A stretch of 15,214 bases of DNA from positions 1 to 15,214 of the forward strand of contig CAIWXP010000146.1 in NCBI GenBank assembly GCA_903916665.1, written 5' to 3'. The translations under genes were made by a program, and so were the position numbers. Of the stretch, positions 13,211-15,214 are shown piece by piece (within the stretch, counting starts at the first letter, position 1; each line of letters starts with the position of its first letter). The notes beneath the pieces are model-generated. The model was not told the DNA's origin. It searched no databases and saw only the letters and a program-made list of their open reading frames with translations. Source of the stretch: Candidatus Iainarchaeum sp. Its GTDB lineage: Archaea; Iainarchaeota; Iainarchaeia; Iainarchaeales; 0-14-0-20-30-16.

Positions 13211-14851
13211 TTATTTTTGCCAATTCTTAATATCAAACTCACTGTCTGTATTATACCCTTGGAATGTTTGCTTCAAATCCTCTTGATTTGGTTTTTCTTC
13301 TTTATTAGTTTGTTTTTGATCTTCCTTTGGTTCATTCTCTTTCTTGGGTTTTCTTTTAAACAAATTTTTCCAAAATGTAATAAATCCATTTTCCTTTTTT
13401 GGTTCTTCTTGAGATATGTCGTGTTTTTCTAATTCTTTTGTATAATTATTTATACTTTCATCACTAATGTGTGCTTCATCAACACTTAAATCTTCATCGT
13501 TTACTTGTACTTTTTCTTTATTATCTGAAAATATTGCATTCATTAATTCGCTTGAAGGTTTATTAGCTTTATAATTATTTGTATCTTTTTCTTCTTTAAT
13601 GGTTTCATCAAATGTTTGTTTAGGCTCTTTTTTTCTAGTCGTCAATATTCTTTCATTTAAATAGGATACTTTTATACTATATTCATTTAATTTAGACTCA
13701 AATTCCCTTTTGTTTATATCGCCTTGTAAATATTTTTCTTTTATTTCCTTAAGTTTTGTTTTATAATTATCTCTTTCTATTGTAAGATCTTCCATGGTTT
13801 CTCTAGAAAATATTGCCCTAAGTATTAATATAATATTTATTAAAATAAAAATTCCTACTATAATTAAAAATAAAGTCCAATAGGTACCTGGATTTAAAGG
13901 CTCGGTAATTTGAGCATAGTAAATTTTATTATTAAATGAAAATCCTAAATTTTCATCTAAATTTGTAAATGGTATTAAAAGTTTATTATAACAAAATGAA
14001 TTATTTCTAATATAATATTCTTTTTCAGAGTCATTTAAATTTATTTTAAATATCCCCATATCATTAACTGAATCACCATTTGTGTATAAAACAGTAAAAC
14101 ATAGTTCAAAAGGATTACTAATAACAGTATTTTTAGGATTAGTTACTTCACCTATTTTTAATCCTTCTAATAAGGTTGAATTAATGATTAAATTTAAAGG
14201 ATATGTTTTTGTACCTTTTATTGTTTTATTAAATGTACAATAAATAGGAATTGTATTTGTATCTTCTTTAACAGTTAATAAATAATTACAATTATTTGAT
14301 TTAGAACAATCAAAACTAGTTTCAGAATCATAGGAGTTTAATGAACATTTTAAATCAGATATTTGTTGATTTTTCAAATCTTCAAAGTTTAATAATATTT
14401 CTTTTTGTTCACCAATTGTTAATGTTTTATAATCGTCTAAAGGATTATTTTTTAATTTAATGATTTCAGTTATATCCCCAATGGGATAGGTTTGCTTTGT
14501 ATTGGTAAAGCTACCTTCTAAAGAAGTAATAATGGATAATACTAATTTACCATCGGTTAACATATCTTTTGTTATTATTGTATTTTGCAAATGATATATA
14601 TTTCCTGAATCTTTAGAAAAAGTATATTTATTTGTTCCAATTTTAACAGACAAATTATTTATATTTGGATAATTTAATATCTGTTTGTTACTATCAACCA
14701 ATAAAATTTTCAAATCAACTATATTGGTTCCAATATAATAAGGACTACTATTTGGATATTGAGTATTTATTTCATAGTTTATTTGGTTAGAATATGCAAA
14801 ACCAAATAATAATAAAATAAAAAAGATGGAAAAGAAAATTTTGGAGTTCAT
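13211..14851 (-). CDS. Type I membrane protein (546 aa). It has a signal peptide, an ectodomain of about 300 aa with Cys and N-x-S/T sequons, one TM helix, and a K/E-rich cytoplasmic tail of about 200 aa with a SHOCT-like helix.
   Basis: The N-terminus MNSKIFFSIFFILLLFGFAYS/NQ is signal-peptide-like (14789-14851). The TM helix YWTLFLIIVGIFILINIILILRAIF lies at 13808-13882. The tail contains LKEIKEKYLQGDINKREFESKLNEY (13679-13765). It is a long ORF in AT-rich DNA. Confidence 0.85.
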   Translation of the reverse strand: MNSKIFFSIFFILLLFGFAYSNQINYEINTQYPNSSPYYIGTNIVDLKILLVDSNKQILNYPNINNLSVKIGTNKYTFSKDSGNIYHLQNTIITKDMLTDGKLVLSIITSLEGSFTNTKQTYPIGDITEIIKLKNNPLDDYKTLTIGEQKEILLNFEDLKNQQISDLKCSLNSYDSETSFDCSKSNNCNYLLTVKEDTNTIPIYCTFNKTIKGTKTYPLNLIINSTLLEGLKIGEVTNPKNTVISNPFELCFTVLYTNGDSVNDMGIFKINLNDSEKEYYIRNNSFCYNKLLIPFTNLDENLGFSFNNKIYYAQITEPLNPGTYWTLFLIIVGIFILINIILILRAIFSRETMEDLTIERDNYKTKLKEIKEKYLQGDINKREFESKLNEYSIKVSYLNERILTTRKKEPKQTFDETIKEEKDTNNYKANKPSSELMNAIFSDNKEKVQVNDEDLSVDEAHISDESINNYTKELEKHDISQEEPKKENGFITFWKNLFKRKPKKENEPKEDQKQTNKEEKPNQEDLKQTFQGYNTDSEFDIKNWQK

Positions 14852-14858
14852 ACGAAAC

Positions 14859-15173
14859 CTACATTTTCCTCAAACTTTCCAAACACTCATTACAAATAGT
14901 TATATTTTTAAAATTTGTAAAATTTTCTGTAACTAAACCGCAAGAACTACATCTTACTTCTTCTGCATCATCCAATGCCCAATCTCTTAAAAATTCCCAA
15001 GTAATCCAAGAAGGCATAATTAGTTCTCTTAAAACTGATTTATCATTTTCTACTATTCTTTTCTTAAATAAAGCAGGTATTTTTTGATCTATTGTTTGCA
15101 ACCATCTTGCCCTATCTGATTGTCCAGTTCTTTGCAATTTCATGGCCATTTCTTCAATTTGTTTTTTGTCCAT
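14859..15173 (-). CDS. Small protein (104 aa) with a C-terminal C4 zinc finger (C75-x2-C78-x15-C94-x2-C97)
   Basis: ATG is preceded by GGGGTG (15179-15184) with a 5-nt spacer. The C-terminus is RCSSCGLVTENFTNFKNITICNECLESLRKM. The TAG stop lies 7 nt before the ATG of the 546-aa gene. Confidence 0.7.
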   Translation of the reverse strand: MDKKQIEEMAMKLQRTGQSDRARWLQTIDQKIPALFKKRIVENDKSVLRELIMPSWITWEFLRDWALDDAEEVRCSSCGLVTENFTNFKNITICNECLESLRKM

Positions 15174-15178
15174 ACAAA

Positions 15179-15184
15179 CACCCC
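15179..15184 (-). promoter_or_regulatory. Shine-Dalgarno-like GGGGTG upstream of the 104-aa gene
   Basis: The minus strand reads TTATTGGGGTGTTTGTATG, one mismatch to GAGGTG, with a 5-nt spacer. That is the same spacing as the GGTGAG site at 12964-12969. Only 41 nt of upstream sequence is visible, so the promoter cannot be judged. Confidence 0.35.
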
Positions 15185-15214
15185 AATAAATTCTAAATAA
15201 TTATAATCTAATGC

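Noticed and set aside
13217-13432. 71-aa plus-strand ORF antisense to the tail of the 546-aa gene
   Set aside because: It is the mirror image of a K/E-rich tail (F/L/I-rich) and is embedded in a much longer ORF.
1-15214. Giant-virus (Klosneuvirus-like) origin, suggested by AT-richness, an aminoacyl-tRNA synthetase and large ORFans
   Set aside because: The ValRS has the archaeal-type PPPTVSG...FGLDDNGIPTE signature and a short archaeal-like length. Genes show SD-like GGAGG/GGTGA sites and 2-24 nt operonic spacing. I saw no AAAATTGA-type early promoter motif in the intergenic regions.
1-15214. CRISPR arrays, tRNA/rRNA genes, IS elements, integrases, diversity-generating retroelement or known defence genes
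   Set aside because: No spaced direct repeats were seen. No GC-rich structured RNA-like islands occur outside coding sequence; the only sizeable intergenic region, 4029-4181, is almost pure A+T. I recognised no transposase, integrase or reverse-transcriptase motifs. The internal repeats of the giant genes differ at all base types, not adenine-specifically.

Overview
AT-rich DNA (roughly 30% G+C by eye). It is best explained as a small-genome archaeon of the DPANN type, but the taxonomy is inference only. Support: an archaeal-style ValRS signature (PPPTVSGKMHLGH), TTTAWATA-like boxes, oligo-T tracts after stop codons, and GGAGG/GGTGA ribosome-binding motifs. The plus strand carries three genes: (i) the last 4 kb of a giant ORFan whose frame is still open at the left window edge; (ii) a complete valyl-tRNA synthetase; (iii) a 2009-aa ORFan whose ATG lies 2 nt after the valS stop, with a GGAGG inside the valS tail. 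The minus strand is convergent and holds a tight four-gene cluster: a 104-aa protein with a C-terminal C4 zinc finger, a 546-aa signal-peptide/single-TM protein, a 69-aa CxxC...HxxC zinc-finger protein, and a 91-aa 3-TM protein. About 10 kb of the 15.2 kb window encodes the two giant proteins. Neither shows a signal peptide, a TM helix or any catalytic motif I can recognise. Both are built from highly charged helices, proline-rich spacers and small globular modules with internal repeats. This giant pair bracketing valS, with one partner translationally coupled to it, is the main candidate for something undescribed. The zinc-finger/membrane cluster is the second candidate. I saw no rRNA, tRNA, CRISPR array, transposase, integrase or recognisable defence gene. 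All domain-level calls are by-eye motif recognition and need profile or structure searches.
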